Source of the DNA: an uncultured delta proteobacterium
GTDB taxonomy: Bacteria; Myxococcota_A; Polyangia; Haliangiales; Haliangiaceae
Assembly: GCA_963848295.1 (NCBI GenBank)
Contig: CAWKDB010000010.1
Location: forward strand, 96,001-160,000
Reading direction: 5' to 3'
Length of the DNA stretch: 64,000 nucleotides
Position numbers and translations under genes: made by a program. The notes under the pieces are model-generated. The model saw only the letters and a list, made by a program, of their open reading frames with translations, searched no databases and had not been told where the DNA came from. Shown here piece by piece: positions 1-10,695 of this stretch. The number at the start of each line of letters is the position of its first letter. The first letter of the stretch is position 1.

Positions 1-390
1 TCGGACGAGCGCGCGGGTCAGCGACAGCGCGGCGCCGACGAGCCAGATCGTCGCGACCGCGAGGTAACCGACGGCGGGCCACGCACGAGCCGCGGGGAGC
101 GGTGCGGCCAGCGTCGCCGGCAACGCGCTCGGCGTCGCACCGGCGCCGTGATGAAACAGCCCGGCGACGAGGTCGGACAGCGACCATGGCAGCGCCGGGC
201 CCCATGGCAGCGCGAACTTTACGATCACGACGAGCCAGATCGCGGCTTGCCAGCTCGGGCGCAGCCGGCCGGCACGCGCGATCGCGAGCGCGAGCAGCGC
301 GACGATCGTGCCCTGCACCGCGATCATGCCGAGCGTCGCGAGCGTGGTCTTCGCGACCGCACCGGCGGAGACGAGCGTCGCGACCGTCAC
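1..390 (-). CDS. BlaR1/peptidase M56-family membrane protein, N-terminal part (runs off window)
   Basis: GTG at 390 overlaps the blaI-like stop (GTGA); manual translation MTVATLV...SWQAAIWLVVIVKFALPWGP...ATIWLVGAALSL resembles the M56 N-terminal membrane region; directly follows a BlaI-family gene. Confidence 0.8.
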   Translation of the reverse strand, partial: MTVATLVSAGAVAKTTLATLGMIAVQGTIVALLALAIARAGRLRPSWQAAIWLVVIVKFALPWGPALPWSLSDLVAGLFHHGAGATPSALPATLAAPLPAARAWPAVGYLAVATIWLVGAALSLTRALVR

Positions 391-806
391 GTGCGGTCCT
401 TGCGCTTGCGCGCCGGCTTGGCGGGCGCTTGAGCTTCGGCGACCGCGATCCGCCGCTCGATCGCGCGCAGCTCCTCGCGCGTCAGCGCCGCGTCCTCGAC
501 CAAGCTCAACACGAGCGAATCGGCGTTGCCGTCGAACACGTCGCGCACGAACTCGCGCAACCGCTCGCCGAGCACCGATTCGCGACGATAGGCGGCGCGA
601 TACACGAACGGCTCGCGCGCGCGATCGACATCGACCGCGCCCTTGCCGGCGAGCCGACCCAGGAGCGTCATCACCGTCGTATAGGCGACCTCGTGGCGTC
701 TCGCCGCGAGCTCGGCGCGAACCTCGGCGACCGACGCCGAGCCGAGCTGCCACAGCGTCTTCATGACGCGGAGCTCGGCGGGCGTGAGGTCGGGGCAGCG
801 GGGCAT
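387..806 (-). CDS. BlaI/MecI/CopY family transcriptional repressor
   Basis: LTPAELRVMKTLWQLGSASVAEV...VAYTTVMTLLGRLAGKG...FVRDVFDGNADSLVLSLV winged-helix signature. Confidence 0.93.
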   Translation of the reverse strand: MPRCPDLTPAELRVMKTLWQLGSASVAEVRAELAARRHEVAYTTVMTLLGRLAGKGAVDVDRAREPFVYRAAYRRESVLGERLREFVRDVFDGNADSLVLSLVEDAALTREELRAIERRIAVAEAQAPAKPARKRKDRT

Positions 807-829
807 GGTTATTACGTCGTTCGTATGAT

Positions 830-845
830 TACTACAGACGTAGTA
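830..845. promoter_or_regulatory. Putative BlaI operator palindrome inside the blaI promoter
   Basis: TACTAC-AGAC-GTAGTA inverted repeat with TACA-N2-CGTA core, immediately downstream (minus strand) of TTGACG at 855-850. Confidence 0.7.
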
Positions 846-898
846 CGAACGTCAACACCGGTCTAGAACCGGCGTGACCTCGCCCGCATTCCGCTCCG

Positions 899-2155
899 CT
901 ACAGGCCGGCTTGGTTGAGGTAGGCGACGATCGCGGCGGTCTCGTTGACCGTGCGTTGATTCACCGCGAAGTCGGCCCCGACGTAGCTGAACGAGTGGAT
1001 GTTGAGCTCGGCGCCCTGGTTGAATGTCGGCTTCATCTCCGACGGCAGCACGTAGACGCCGTCGGCGGTGAACGCATCGGGCGCGTTCGCTTCGACCAGC
1101 TGGAACAGCGGCTCCGCCACCGTCATCTCGGTCGGCGTCGCGAGGTGACAACTCGCACAGTCGATCGTGTTCGGCGAGTTGCGCGCCGGGTGATCGACGT
1201 GGACCAACCCCTCGAACGCGGTGTGGAGCTCGGTGGGGGTCAGCTGCTGCGCGGTGTTCGCCGACGCGAGCGGCTCGAAGTTGTCGGCGCTCGATGTCGC
1301 CGGGGTGAACTGCTCGGTCCCGTCGGTCTCACCGCTCCCGCTGCCACTGCCACTGTCGCTGCCGGCGTCGGTGAGCTCCTCGGACACGAACTGCTGCTGT
1401 TCCGCACCGCCGAGCGTCGGGATCACCATCGGCGTGACCACGGCGGCCATCGCATCGGTGACATCGAAGCCTTGGAACGTCCACAGGAAGTCTGGATCGG
1501 TCGCGGACAGCGTGGTCACCCGCGTCAGGTTCGAGGGCCCTGCGTGAGCGACGATGAGGTCGTAGACCGCGTGAGCCATCGCGCCATCGGCGCCCTGCTC
1601 GACCATGATCGGATGTGGCGCCAGGCCGCCGAGGCGCTCGCCGTTCGACGACGCCGCGCGCGCCTGACCGATCGCGGTCGCGATCTCGATCAGCTCGGCG
1701 CGCGAGATCGTGTAGAACGCGTGCACCGCGGAGTCCGCCGCAAACGATCCGGTGGTCCCGACCGCGGTGATCGACTGGAAGATCAACCGGAGCTGCGCCA
1801 CGCAGCCGGTGCCGTGCGGATCCGGCGCCAGCGCGGCGAAGCACGGATCGAGGCGCATCGCCACGACGTGCAGGGAGTCATACGTCGCGTTGTCGGAATC
1901 CGGCCCGCCGTTCTCCAGCTGCGTCGACCCGGCGATGCCGCCGACCGCGGTGTACAGCGCCTCGGGCAACAGCGGCCCACCGACGCCCATGGTCGACGCC
2001 GCGGGGTACACGGACGGCGCGCTCGACAGGGGGAACAATACGCTGACGTCGTTCATCTGGACCGGGCCGGCGGTCGGACCGATCGGTGGCGACTGATCCG
2101 TCGTGCAGCCGACGGCGACCACGAACATGAAGGCGAGGCTAGGTGTCGGTCGCAT
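899..2155 (-). CDS. Lipoprotein with C-terminal CxxCH (possible monoheme c-type cytochrome)
   Basis: Start re-assigned to ATG 2155 (MRPTPSLAFMFVVAVGC lipobox); IDCASCH motif; the upstream part of ORF 899..3382 overlaps other genes. Confidence 0.7.
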   Translation of the reverse strand: MRPTPSLAFMFVVAVGCTTDQSPPIGPTAGPVQMNDVSVLFPLSSAPSVYPAASTMGVGGPLLPEALYTAVGGIAGSTQLENGGPDSDNATYDSLHVVAMRLDPCFAALAPDPHGTGCVAQLRLIFQSITAVGTTGSFAADSAVHAFYTISRAELIEIATAIGQARAASSNGERLGGLAPHPIMVEQGADGAMAHAVYDLIVAHAGPSNLTRVTTLSATDPDFLWTFQGFDVTDAMAAVVTPMVIPTLGGAEQQQFVSEELTDAGSDSGSGSGSGETDGTEQFTPATSSADNFEPLASANTAQQLTPTELHTAFEGLVHVDHPARNSPNTIDCASCHLATPTEMTVAEPLFQLVEANAPDAFTADGVYVLPSEMKPTFNQGAELNIHSFSYVGADFAVNQRTVNETAAIVAYLNQAGL

Positions 2156-2168
2156 GCCCGGCGCATTC

Positions 2169-2184
2169 AGCAAGGTCCGAGCCA
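2169..2184 (-). promoter_or_regulatory. Putative sigma54 (-24/-12) promoter
   Basis: Minus strand TGGCTCGGACCTTGCT = GG-N10-GC, about 14 nt before ATG 2155. Confidence 0.6.
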
Positions 2185-2226
2185 ACCGACGAGCACCCAC
2201 CTCGTCGAGCGCGAGCCGCGGTCGCC

Positions 2227-3123
2227 TCAAGAATCTGAGGTTCGCCGGCGCCGCGATCGGAGATATCCGGCGGCGCGCTGGATCGGCGCCTCGAGCGCGA
2301 GCAGCGGCAGGAACGCGAAGCCGAACAGCGGATACGGAAACCAGATGTTCATCGTCAGCACGACCGTGACGTGAAAGCCCCACGCCGCGAGGGCCCAGCC
2401 CCGCGCGAGCCGGCCGCCGAGCAGCGCGATCGGCGCGCCGAGCTCGACCGCGATCGCCGCGGCCGATCCGATCGCGAGCCAGAGCGGATGGCCGAGCACG
2501 ACCGTCGCGAGCGGCGCGGTCGCATCGCCGAGCAGCGCCTTGCGCAGGTTGTCGATCGCGATCTGGCCGCGCAGCTGGTCGCCGTCGAGCCAGCTCGCGC
2601 CGGACAGTCGCAACTTCGCGAGCCCGGCGATCACGTAGGTCGCCGCGGTCAGCGCGACGAGCAACTTGATCGGCCAGCCGTAGCCGGCCGGCGCGACGCA
2701 CGGGCTGCGGCGGCGAATCGCCCAGACGTCGGCCGCCGGCGACAGCGAGAGCGCGAGCACGTGCAGCGCCATGAGGTTCTCGGTGTGGAACAGCTGGCCC
2801 CATGAGCTGCGATAGCTGCACGTCCAGATCAGCGCGAGCGCGGCGATCGGCGCGAGGTAGCGATGCGCGACGCCGAGCGTGAACGCGGCGAGCAGCACGC
2901 ACGTCGCGATCGCGAGCGCGAGCACCGCGTTCGGTGGCAACACGCCGACCACGTTCGCGACCCCGACGCCGCGAAAGCTCGACGGCGCGAGCCGCGCGAC
3001 CGCGACGAGGTCCGGCACGCGCGCGACCGTGTAGCACAGCGCGAACGCGCCGATCGCGATCCGCAGCGCCGCGAGCCGCTGTGCCGGCGCTGGCGCGAAC
3101 CACCAGTCCGCGAGCCGCTTCAT
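2227..3123 (-). CDS. HTTM-domain (SdpB/VKGC-like) membrane protein
   Basis: MKRLADWWFAP..RLAALRIAIG; SSWGQLFHTEN; WPIKLL..YVIAGLAKL..W.DG; GFH; multiple TM segments; ATG overlaps upstream stop. Confidence 0.8.
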   Translation of the reverse strand: MKRLADWWFAPAPAQRLAALRIAIGAFALCYTVARVPDLVAVARLAPSSFRGVGVANVVGVLPPNAVLALAIATCVLLAAFTLGVAHRYLAPIAALALIWTCSYRSSWGQLFHTENLMALHVLALSLSPAADVWAIRRRSPCVAPAGYGWPIKLLVALTAATYVIAGLAKLRLSGASWLDGDQLRGQIAIDNLRKALLGDATAPLATVVLGHPLWLAIGSAAAIAVELGAPIALLGGRLARGWALAAWGFHVTVVLTMNIWFPYPLFGFAFLPLLALEAPIQRAAGYLRSRRRRTSDS

Positions 3124-3563
3124 CGCAGGACCTGACAGCGCGCGCGCTCGCGCTCGAAACCGATCGTGCCGTGCGCGAGATATTCGATCGCGTCGTTCGT
3201 GCCGGTGACGATCCGGATCCGCGTGACGTCTGCGTAGCCGGAGTCGGCCGCGACGCCACGCGCGATCCGTTCGCACAGCGCGGCGCTGCGCTTGCCGGCG
3301 ACCTCGCGCGCGATGTTCGCGAGCGCTTGCAAGACCTCGCTGCTGCCGACGAGCTCGGGCGCGACCGACCGGCGCGCCCCATCGCGGGTCTCGGCGATCG
3401 CGTAATCGAGGGTCAGCTTCGTCGCGCGCGGGGTCGCGAACATCGGATACGTCGACAGCGGAAAGCCGTCGTCGCCGGGCGAGCGCAAGATCGGCTCGAG
3501 CGTCGCGGCGACGAGCGCGATCGAAACGAGGGCTGCAGCTCGCCGCCGCTCGCTGACCCTCAC
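3120..3563 (-). CDS. Hypothetical partner of the HTTM protein (SdpA-like position)
   Basis: N-terminal TM, DDGFPLSTYPMF motif; 4-bp overlaps with both neighbours. Confidence 0.7.
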   Translation of the reverse strand: MRVSERRRAAALVSIALVAATLEPILRSPGDDGFPLSTYPMFATPRATKLTLDYAIAETRDGARRSVAPELVGSSEVLQALANIAREVAGKRSAALCERIARGVAADSGYADVTRIRIVTGTNDAIEYLAHGTIGFERERARCQVLR

Positions 3564-4987
3564 ATCGAGCGGATCACGCGATACGAAGGATGGCCGCCGC
3601 CGATCTCGAAATAGAACGAGAACGCGAACGTGATCAGGTTGTCCGACCCGACCAGCTCCTTCGGCGGATTCGGAAACGGCGCCGCGGCGTGGAACGAGCG
3701 CACCGCCTCGTCATCGAGATCGCCGACGCCGGACGGTGTCACGATCACGATGTGCGCGAGATCGCCGTGCGGCGACAGGCTGACCCGAACCTCGGTGACG
3801 CGCGTCTTGAACCCGTAGACCGCGCCGGTCGGATCGTCGCGCCGCCACACCGTGGCGGGATCCCAGTTCTGTGCGACCGCGCGCTTCATCCGGTTGAAGA
3901 AGCTCGCATAGATGAAGCGCTTCGCGGTGAGCGCGGTCTCGTCGCCGTTGTCGATGTCGTCGAGGTGATCGACGTTGCCGCCCCCGAGCGCGCGCTCGAG
4001 CACGTCTTGCGATGGCTTGAGGTTCGGCACTTGCGGCTGGCCCCCACCGGCGCCGCCCTGCCCCCGCGGCAGCTCCGAGCGATCCTTGCGTTGCTGCTCG
4101 AACGCGCCGTCGCCCTTGCGCGTCAGGTAGCCGTCGGCGGCCGCGCCCGAGCCGCCGGTCGTGGATCCGAGCGTCTTGAGATCTTGCTGGAGCTCCGCCG
4201 GCGAGCGCGCCCCGGGCGAGCGCATCGACAACGTTCCCGGCATGTCCGGCGCGCGCGGATCCGCACCTCGCATCCGATCGGGGTCTTGCTCGTGGACCGA
4301 TTCCGGCCTCGGCTCGGCCTTCGCGACGAGCTCCTCGGGCTTGCTCTTCGCGACCATCGGCTCTTTCGGCGTGCCGCGGGCGACCGTCTGATGATCGACC
4401 TTGGTGTCGTACTCCGCGAGGAACCGGGCGTTGTCCGGCGCCTTCTCCTGCGATGGCTTCGCGGTCTCGACGATCTGCATCGGTCGCGCGGGCGCCGGCG
4501 GGGGCGGCGGCGGTGGATTATTCGGGTGCGGCGGCGGCACTACGACCGGCTTCGGCAGCTCCGGAACCGCTTGCTTGAACGCCTCGAGCAACGGCTCGGG
4601 ATCGATCGACTTGATCTTCTCCGCCTGCTTCGGATCGATCATCGCGATCTCGGTCGACGCCACATGGCGCGCGTCGCACGACGACAGATCGAGCCACATA
4701 TCGTTCATCGCCTCGTCGATGCAGGCGTCGGGGTCGCTCTGCCACGGCGCGAAGCACAGGGCGTCGCGCGCAGAGGCCGCGAGATAAGCGTTCGCGACGC
4801 AGCCCTGAGCGAGCTCGGTCGCGCGAGCCTCGGGCAGCGGCTTGGTCGGCTGGCGCAGGTTGAAATCGGCGACGCCGATCGCGTGCACCATCCCCAGCGC
4901 GGTCGCGTGCGCGGCGAACGCGGCGAAACCGAGCACGACCCAAAAGGCCGCACTCGTCTGCCTGGCTCTCCTCCTCGCGATCGGCAT
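3560..4987 (-). CDS. TonB-family protein (TonB C-terminal domain)
   Basis: N-terminal TM, Pro-rich linker, C-terminal YASFFNRMKRAVAQNW...PSGVGDLDDEAVRSFHAAAPFPNPP. Confidence 0.85.
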   Translation of the reverse strand: MPIARRRARQTSAAFWVVLGFAAFAAHATALGMVHAIGVADFNLRQPTKPLPEARATELAQGCVANAYLAASARDALCFAPWQSDPDACIDEAMNDMWLDLSSCDARHVASTEIAMIDPKQAEKIKSIDPEPLLEAFKQAVPELPKPVVVPPPHPNNPPPPPPPAPARPMQIVETAKPSQEKAPDNARFLAEYDTKVDHQTVARGTPKEPMVAKSKPEELVAKAEPRPESVHEQDPDRMRGADPRAPDMPGTLSMRSPGARSPAELQQDLKTLGSTTGGSGAAADGYLTRKGDGAFEQQRKDRSELPRGQGGAGGGQPQVPNLKPSQDVLERALGGGNVDHLDDIDNGDETALTAKRFIYASFFNRMKRAVAQNWDPATVWRRDDPTGAVYGFKTRVTEVRVSLSPHGDLAHIVIVTPSGVGDLDDEAVRSFHAAAPFPNPPKELVGSDNLITFAFSFYFEIGGGHPSYRVIRSM

Positions 4988-5182
4988 CCGACCTCGTTCG
5001 AGTATAGGTACGCGCGGCCCCAGCGTCAGGTCGATTTTGCGTTCCTGGTGGGATCCGCCCCGCTTGGCGCGCTCGCGGTTCGATGCCCGGCCGCGGTCTT
5101 CCTCGCGCTAGTGCGCCAAATCCGGACGAATTTCTTCGCCGGCGTCCGTGTGCCCGGGCGCGATCGGTGACACGGTTCGGCC

Positions 5183-7999
5183 ATGCCGACTCCGATCCAA
5201 CAGGCCGCCAAGCTCGGACAAGCCATCTGGTACGACAACCTCCGGCGCTCGATGCTGACGACCGGCGCGCTCAAGCAAATGATCGAGCACGACGGCTTGC
5301 TCGGCATGACGTCGAACCCCTCGATCTTCGAAAAGGCGATCGGCAGCGGCGACGACTACGACGCCGCGATCCGCGCGGACGCGTCGACGAACGACATCGA
5401 GGTGTTCGAGCACCTCGCCATCCACGACATCCAAGGCGCGTGCGACGCGTTCCGTCCGGTGTTCGATCGCACGAAAGGCGGCGACGGCTACGTCAGCCTC
5501 GAGGTCTCGCCACGGCTCGCGAACGACACCGACGGCACGATCGCGGAGGCCAAGCGCCTGTTCGCGGCGGTCGATCGCCCGAACGTGATGATCAAGATTC
5601 CCGGCACGAAGCCATGCGTCCCCGCGATCCGCGCCGCGATCGGCGCGGGCATCAACGTCAACACGACGCTGCTGTTCGCGATCGATGCGTACCTCGCGGC
5701 CGCCGACGCCTACATGTCCGGGTTGGAAGACTTCAAGATGAAGGGCGGCGACTTGTCGAAGGTCGCCGGGGTCGCGAGCTTCTTCCTGTCGCGCATCGAT
5801 ACCGCGGTCGACAAGCAGCTCGACGAGCTCGCGAAGAAGCACCCCGAGGCCGCCGCGCTCAAGGGCCAGACCGCGATCGCGAACGCGAAGCTCGCCTACA
5901 CGAAGTACCAGGAGTTGATCGCCTCGCCGCGGTGGAAGGCGCTCGTCGCCGCCGGTGCGAAGCCGCAGCGCCTGCTGTGGGCGTCGACCGGCACGAAGAA
6001 CCCGGCGTACCCGAAGCTGCACTATGTCGAGACGTTGATCGGGCCGGACACCGTCAACACCATGCCGACCGACACGTACGACGAGCTGCGCGATCACGGC
6101 GACGGCCACGTCGCGGTGACGCTGACCAAGGACGTCGAGGTCGCGAAGCAGCAGCTCGCCCAGCTCGGCAAGCTCGGGGTCTCGCTCGACAAGGTCACCG
6201 ACAAGCTGCTCGTCGACGGCGTCGCCGCGTTCGCCAAGTCGTTCGACACCCTGCTCGCCGCGGTCGCCTCGAAGCGCGCCGCGGTCGCAGCCACTCCGCA
6301 GGCCCCGGCGCAGGCGCCGGGCACCGGCGATCAGTTCCAGCTCGGTGATGCGTCCGACGACGTCGCCTCCGCGGCGCGCGATTGGGCCGCGAAGGTGCCG
6401 CGCGTCTGGAAGAAGGACGCGTCGGTGTGGACCGGCAAGGACGAAGGCAAGTGGCTCGGCTGGCTCGATGCGATCGACAACGGGCGCAAGCAGCTCGGCG
6501 ACTTCGTCGCGATCGCCGAGGCCGCGAAGAAAGACGGCCTGACCGACGCGGTCGTGCTCGGCATGGGCGGGTCGAGCCTGTGCCCGTGGGTGTTCACCCA
6601 GGCGTTCGCCGCGACCGGCTTGAAGCTGCACGTGCTCGACTCGATCCTGCCGGCGCAGATCCTCGCGATGGACAAGGCGCTGCCGATCAAGCACACGTTG
6701 TTCATCGTCAGCTCGAAGTCGGGCTCGACGACCGAGCCGAACGTGCTGATGGCGTACTTCGAGGATCGCGTGAAGGCCGCCGGCATCGACAAGCCGGGCT
6801 CGCGGTTCATCGCGATCACCGATCCGGGCAGCAAGCTCGAGGCCGCCGCGAAGGACCACGGGTTCCGCGCGGTGGTGCCGGGCGATCCGGCGATCGGCGG
6901 GCGTTACTCCGCGCTGTCGCCGTTCGGCCTCGTGCCGGCGCAGATCATGGGAATCGACGTCAAGACGCTGCTCGATCGCGCGGGCGACATGGCGACCGCG
7001 TGCAAGCAGCCGGACAAGAACCCTGGCGTCCAGCTCGGCGTCGCGCTCGGCGTGCTCGCGACCCGCGGGCGCGACAAGCTCACGATCGTCGCGTCGCCGA
7101 AGCTGCGCGCGCTCGGCGCGTGGCTCGAGCAGCTGATCGCAGAATCGACCGGCAAGCTCGGCAAAGGGATCGTCCCGGTCGACAACGAGCCGCTCGGCGC
7201 GCCCGAGGTCTACGGCGGCGACCGCGTGTTCGTGCACGTCCAGGCCAAGGGCGAGGCGGATCCGCAATCGACGCAGCTCGACGCGCTCGCGAAGGCCGGC
7301 CATCCGGTGCTGCGGCTCGATCCGATCGAGGCGATCGAGCTCGGCAAGGCGTTCTTCCGCTGGGAGATGGCGACCGCGGTCGCGGGATCGGTGATCGGCA
7401 TCGATCCGTTCGATCAGCCGGACGTCGAGGCCAGCAAGATCGCGACGCGGCGCCTGCTCGAAGCGGGCGGCACCGTCGCCGGGGCGCGGCCGATCGCGAG
7501 CGAGAGCGGGCTCTCGGTCTACGCCGACGTCACGAACACGGGCCAGCTCACCGCCGGGCGCGCGATGAGCTTCGGCAAGGTGCTCGCCGCGCACCTGTCG
7601 CGCGCGAGTCGCGGCGACTACGTCGCGATCAACGCCTACGTCGAGATGAACGCCGAGCACCAGCAGGCGTTGCAGGCGATCCGGATGTTGATCCGCGACC
7701 ACCGCAAGGTCGCGACGACGCTCGGCTACGGTCCGCGGTTCTTGCACTCGACCGGCCAGCTCCACAAGGGCGGACCGGCGAGCGGCGTGTTCTTGCAGCT
7801 CACCGCCGAGCCGGCGCGAGAGCTGGCGATTCCGGGCGAGACCTACACGTTCGCGACGCTCGAGCGCGCGCAGGCGCAGGGCGACTTCGAAGTCCTATCG
7901 GCGCGCGGCCGTCGCGCGATCCGCGTCCATCTCGGCAGCGACGTCGCGGCCGGGCTAGCCGCACTGCACCGCGCGGTTTCCGCCGCGCTCGGCGTTTGA
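5183..7999 (+). CDS. tal: Bifunctional transaldolase / phosphoglucose isomerase
   Basis: [34 protein letters not shown] (transaldolase); [42 protein letters not shown] (PGI). Confidence 0.95.
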   Translation: MPTPIQQAAKLGQAIWYDNLRRSMLTTGALKQMIEHDGLLGMTSNPSIFEKAIGSGDDYDAAIRADASTNDIEVFEHLAIHDIQGACDAFRPVFDRTKGGDGYVSLEVSPRLANDTDGTIAEAKRLFAAVDRPNVMIKIPGTKPCVPAIRAAIGAGINVNTTLLFAIDAYLAAADAYMSGLEDFKMKGGDLSKVAGVASFFLSRIDTAVDKQLDELAKKHPEAAALKGQTAIANAKLAYTKYQELIASPRWKALVAAGAKPQRLLWASTGTKNPAYPKLHYVETLIGPDTVNTMPTDTYDELRDHGDGHVAVTLTKDVEVAKQQLAQLGKLGVSLDKVTDKLLVDGVAAFAKSFDTLLAAVASKRAAVAATPQAPAQAPGTGDQFQLGDASDDVASAARDWAAKVPRVWKKDASVWTGKDEGKWLGWLDAIDNGRKQLGDFVAIAEAAKKDGLTDAVVLGMGGSSLCPWVFTQAFAATGLKLHVLDSILPAQILAMDKALPIKHTLFIVSSKSGSTTEPNVLMAYFEDRVKAAGIDKPGSRFIAITDPGSKLEAAAKDHGFRAVVPGDPAIGGRYSALSPFGLVPAQIMGIDVKTLLDRAGDMATACKQPDKNPGVQLGVALGVLATRGRDKLTIVASPKLRALGAWLEQLIAESTGKLGKGIVPVDNEPLGAPEVYGGDRVFVHVQAKGEADPQSTQLDALAKAGHPVLRLDPIEAIELGKAFFRWEMATAVAGSVIGIDPFDQPDVEASKIATRRLLEAGGTVAGARPIASESGLSVYADVTNTGQLTAGRAMSFGKVLAAHLSRASRGDYVAINAYVEMNAEHQQALQAIRMLIRDHRKVATTLGYGPRFLHSTGQLHKGGPASGVFLQLTAEPARELAIPGETYTFATLERAQAQGDFEVLSARGRRAIRVHLGSDVAAGLAALHRAVSAALGV

Positions 8000-8019
8000 T
8001 TCTTCACAGGGAGAGCTCG

Positions 8020-9003
8020 ATGCAACTCGGAATGATCGGATTAGGCCGGATGGGCGCGAACATGGCGCGCCGGCTCATGCGCGGTGGTCATCAGGTCGTG
8101 GTCTACGATCGCAGCCCCGACGCGGTGAAGCAGGTCGTCGGCGAAGGCGCGAAGGGCGCCGACTCGCTCGACTCGCTGATCGCGCAACTCTCGGCGCCGC
8201 GCGCGGTGTGGGTGATGGTGCCGTCGGGGCAAGCGACCGAGTCGACCGTGATGGCGCTCGGCGAGAAGCTGTCGGCCGGCGACACGATCATCGACGGCGG
8301 CAACTCGTTCTTCAAGGATGACGTGCGTCGCGGCAAAGCGCTCGCCCCGCGCAAGATCACGTACGTCGATGCCGGCACGAGCGGCGGCGTGCTCGGGCTC
8401 GAGCGCGGTTACTGCCTGATGATCGGCGGCGACAAGGTCGCGGTCGATCGGCTCGAGCCGATCTTCAAGACGCTCGCGCCGGGTCGCGGCGACATCGAGC
8501 GCACCCCCGGTCGCGACAAGCTCGGGGGCACCGCCGAAGACGGCTACCTGCACTGCGGTCCGACCGGCAGCGGTCACTTCGTCAAGATGGTCCATAACGG
8601 CATCGAGTACGGAGTCATGCAGGCGATCGCCGAGGGCTTCGACATCATGAAGGGCGCGATGAACGCCGGCGTCGCCGACGATCACAAGTTCGACTTGAAG
8701 CTCGGCGATATCGCCGAGGTCTGGCGCCGCGGCAGCGTCCTGAGCTCGTGGCTGATCGATCTGTCCGCGAAGGCGCTCGTCGCCGATCCGACGCTCGCGA
8801 AGATGACCGGCGCGGTCGCAGACTCCGGCGAAGGCCGGTGGACGGTCATGGCCGCGATCGAAGAGGCAGTGCCGGCCGAGGTGATCACCGCCTCGCTGTA
8901 CACCCGGTTCCGGTCGCGCCAGGAGCACACGTTCGCCGAGAAGATGCTGTCGGCGATGCGGTTCGAGTTCGGTGGCCACCTCGAGAGGCCGACGGGTGGT
9001 TGA
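8020..9003 (+). CDS. gnd: 6-phosphogluconate dehydrogenase (decarboxylating, short type)
   Basis: [53 protein letters not shown] 8020 after GGAGAG. Confidence 0.95.
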   Translation: MQLGMIGLGRMGANMARRLMRGGHQVVVYDRSPDAVKQVVGEGAKGADSLDSLIAQLSAPRAVWVMVPSGQATESTVMALGEKLSAGDTIIDGGNSFFKDDVRRGKALAPRKITYVDAGTSGGVLGLERGYCLMIGGDKVAVDRLEPIFKTLAPGRGDIERTPGRDKLGGTAEDGYLHCGPTGSGHFVKMVHNGIEYGVMQAIAEGFDIMKGAMNAGVADDHKFDLKLGDIAEVWRRGSVLSSWLIDLSAKALVADPTLAKMTGAVADSGEGRWTVMAAIEEAVPAEVITASLYTRFRSRQEHTFAEKMLSAMRFEFGGHLERPTGG

Positions 9004-9724
9004 GGTCCGGCGGTTTGCGGATCTCGATGCGTTGAGCCGCGCGGCGGCGGATGACTTCATCGCGCTCGGGCGAGCGGCGATCGCGGCGCGCGGCGTGTTT
9101 CACGTGGTGCTGTCCGGAGGCTCGACGCCGAAGCGGCTGTTCGGGCTGCTCGCGGCTCGCGGCCCGGCGGCGCTCGCGTGGGACAAGGTCGAGCTGTGGT
9201 GGGGCGACGAGCGGTCGGTCGGCCCGACCGACGCCGATTCGAACTACCGGATGACGCGCGAGGCGTTGATCGATCCGCTGCACCTCGACGCCCGGCGCGT
9301 CCATCGCATCGCCGGCGAGCTCGAGCCGACGAAGGCCGCCGCAGACTACGAACGCGGGCTCGTCGCCGCGCTCGGTCAACCGCCGATCAGCGACCTCGCG
9401 CTGCAGGGGATGGGGCCCGACGGACACACCGCGTCGTTGTTCCCGCACTCGCCCGCGCTCGACGACACCACCCACTGGGTGGTCGCGAATCCGGTCGACT
9501 CGCCGGTCGCGAAGGGCAAGACGACGCGGATCACGCTGACCGCTCGCGCGATCAACGCGGCGCGCGCCGTGCGCTTTCTCGTCGCCGGCAAGGACAAGGC
9601 CCCCGCCCTGTACTCGGTGCTCGAAGGACCGCGCGACGGCAAGGCGTTTCCGGCGCAGCTGATCGACAACGCGACCTGGCTCGTCGACGAGGCCGCGGCG
9701 GCCAAGCTCGGGACCACGAGGTGA
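8996..9724 (+). CDS. pgl: 6-phosphogluconolactonase
   Basis: [37 protein letters not shown]; start uncertain (GTG 8996). Confidence 0.92.
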   Translation: MVEVRRFADLDALSRAAADDFIALGRAAIAARGVFHVVLSGGSTPKRLFGLLAARGPAALAWDKVELWWGDERSVGPTDADSNYRMTREALIDPLHLDARRVHRIAGELEPTKAAADYERGLVAALGQPPISDLALQGMGPDGHTASLFPHSPALDDTTHWVVANPVDSPVAKGKTTRITLTARAINAARAVRFLVAGKDKAPALYSVLEGPRDGKAFPAQLIDNATWLVDEAAAAKLGTTR

Positions 9725-10695
9725 TCCTCGCCGGTGACATCGGCGGCACCAAGACCGTGCTCGCGACGTTCGGCGACGGCCTGCATCAGGTGCGAGCGCA
9801 GGAGCTCAAGTCGGGCGACTTCGCCTCGCTCGAAGCGGTGATCGAGGCGTTCGCGCCGGAGCGCGTGACCGCGGCGTGCTTTGGAGTGGCCGGGCCCGTG
9901 ATCGGCGACAGCGCGAAGATCACGAACCTACCGTGGACGATCGCCGCGCCCTCGTTATCGCGGCGCCTCGGTGGCGCGCGCGTCACGCTGATCAACGACC
10001 TACAGGCGACCGCGTTCGGCATGCTCGCCCTGCCCGCCGACAAGTTTGCGGTCCTGCAGCCGCCTGCGGAAGCGGTGAGCGACGGCACGATCGCGGTGAT
10101 CGCGCCGGGCACCGGGCTCGGCGAGGCGGTGCTGGTCTCGGTCGCCGGCAAGTACCGCGCGCTGGCGTCGGAGGGCGGCCATGCCGATTTCGCCGCCACG
10201 ACCGACGACGAATTCGAGCTCGTACGATTTCTGCGCAGGCGTTACGGCGACCACGTCAGCAACGAGCGCGTGCTGTGCGGCGCCGGCATCGGCGACCTCT
10301 ACAGCTTCGAGCGCGAACGCACGACCGCGCCCGAGCCCGCGTGGCTCGCCCAGCAGATCGCGAGCGGTGATCGCAACGAGGCGGTGTCGCGGGCCGCCCT
10401 CGCAGGAACCGATCCGTGTTGCATCGCCGCGCTCGATCGGTTCGCGGCGCTCCTCGGCGCCGAAGCTAGCAACCTCGCGCTGCGATCGCTCGCCCGCGGC
10501 GGCGTCGTGATCGGCGGCGGCATTCCGCCGAAGGTGTTGCCGATCCTGCAACGCGGTGGGCTGATCACGCGGTTCAATGCCAAAGGACGATTCTCCAACT
10601 GGACGCGCGCTCTCGGAGTGCGCGTCGCGCTCGAGCCTCGCGCCGCGCTTTTCGGCGCAGCCCATCACGCCACCACGAAAGACCATGCGCCATGA
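9721..10695 (+). CDS. glk: Glucokinase
   Basis: [49 protein letters not shown]. Confidence 0.93.
   Translation: MILAGDIGGTKTVLATFGDGLHQVRAQELKSGDFASLEAVIEAFAPERVTAACFGVAGPVIGDSAKITNLPWTIAAPSLSRRLGGARVTLINDLQATAFGMLALPADKFAVLQPPAEAVSDGTIAVIAPGTGLGEAVLVSVAGKYRALASEGGHADFAATTDDEFELVRFLRRRYGDHVSNERVLCGAGIGDLYSFERERTTAPEPAWLAQQIASGDRNEAVSRAALAGTDPCCIAALDRFAALLGAEASNLALRSLARGGVVIGGGIPPKVLPILQRGGLITRFNAKGRFSNWTRALGVRVALEPRAALFGAAHHATTKDHAP

Noticed and set aside
899..3382. 827-aa ORF as one gene
   Set aside because: The N-terminal 409 codons are an Arg-rich alternative frame over the HTTM and partner genes; the plausible protein starts at 2155
5108..7765. 885-aa antisense ORF, and similar ones such as 13936-15546, 35498-37117, 38131-41316, 58705-60618
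   Set aside because: Shadow ORFs opposite well-supported genes, expected in high-GC DNA; no motifs
6382..9003. Long N-terminal extension or fusion to gnd (also 9178 glk, 60183 thiolase, 49732 monooxygenase)
   Set aside because: Extensions are frame shadows of adjacent genes; family N-termini with RBS or coupling mark the real starts
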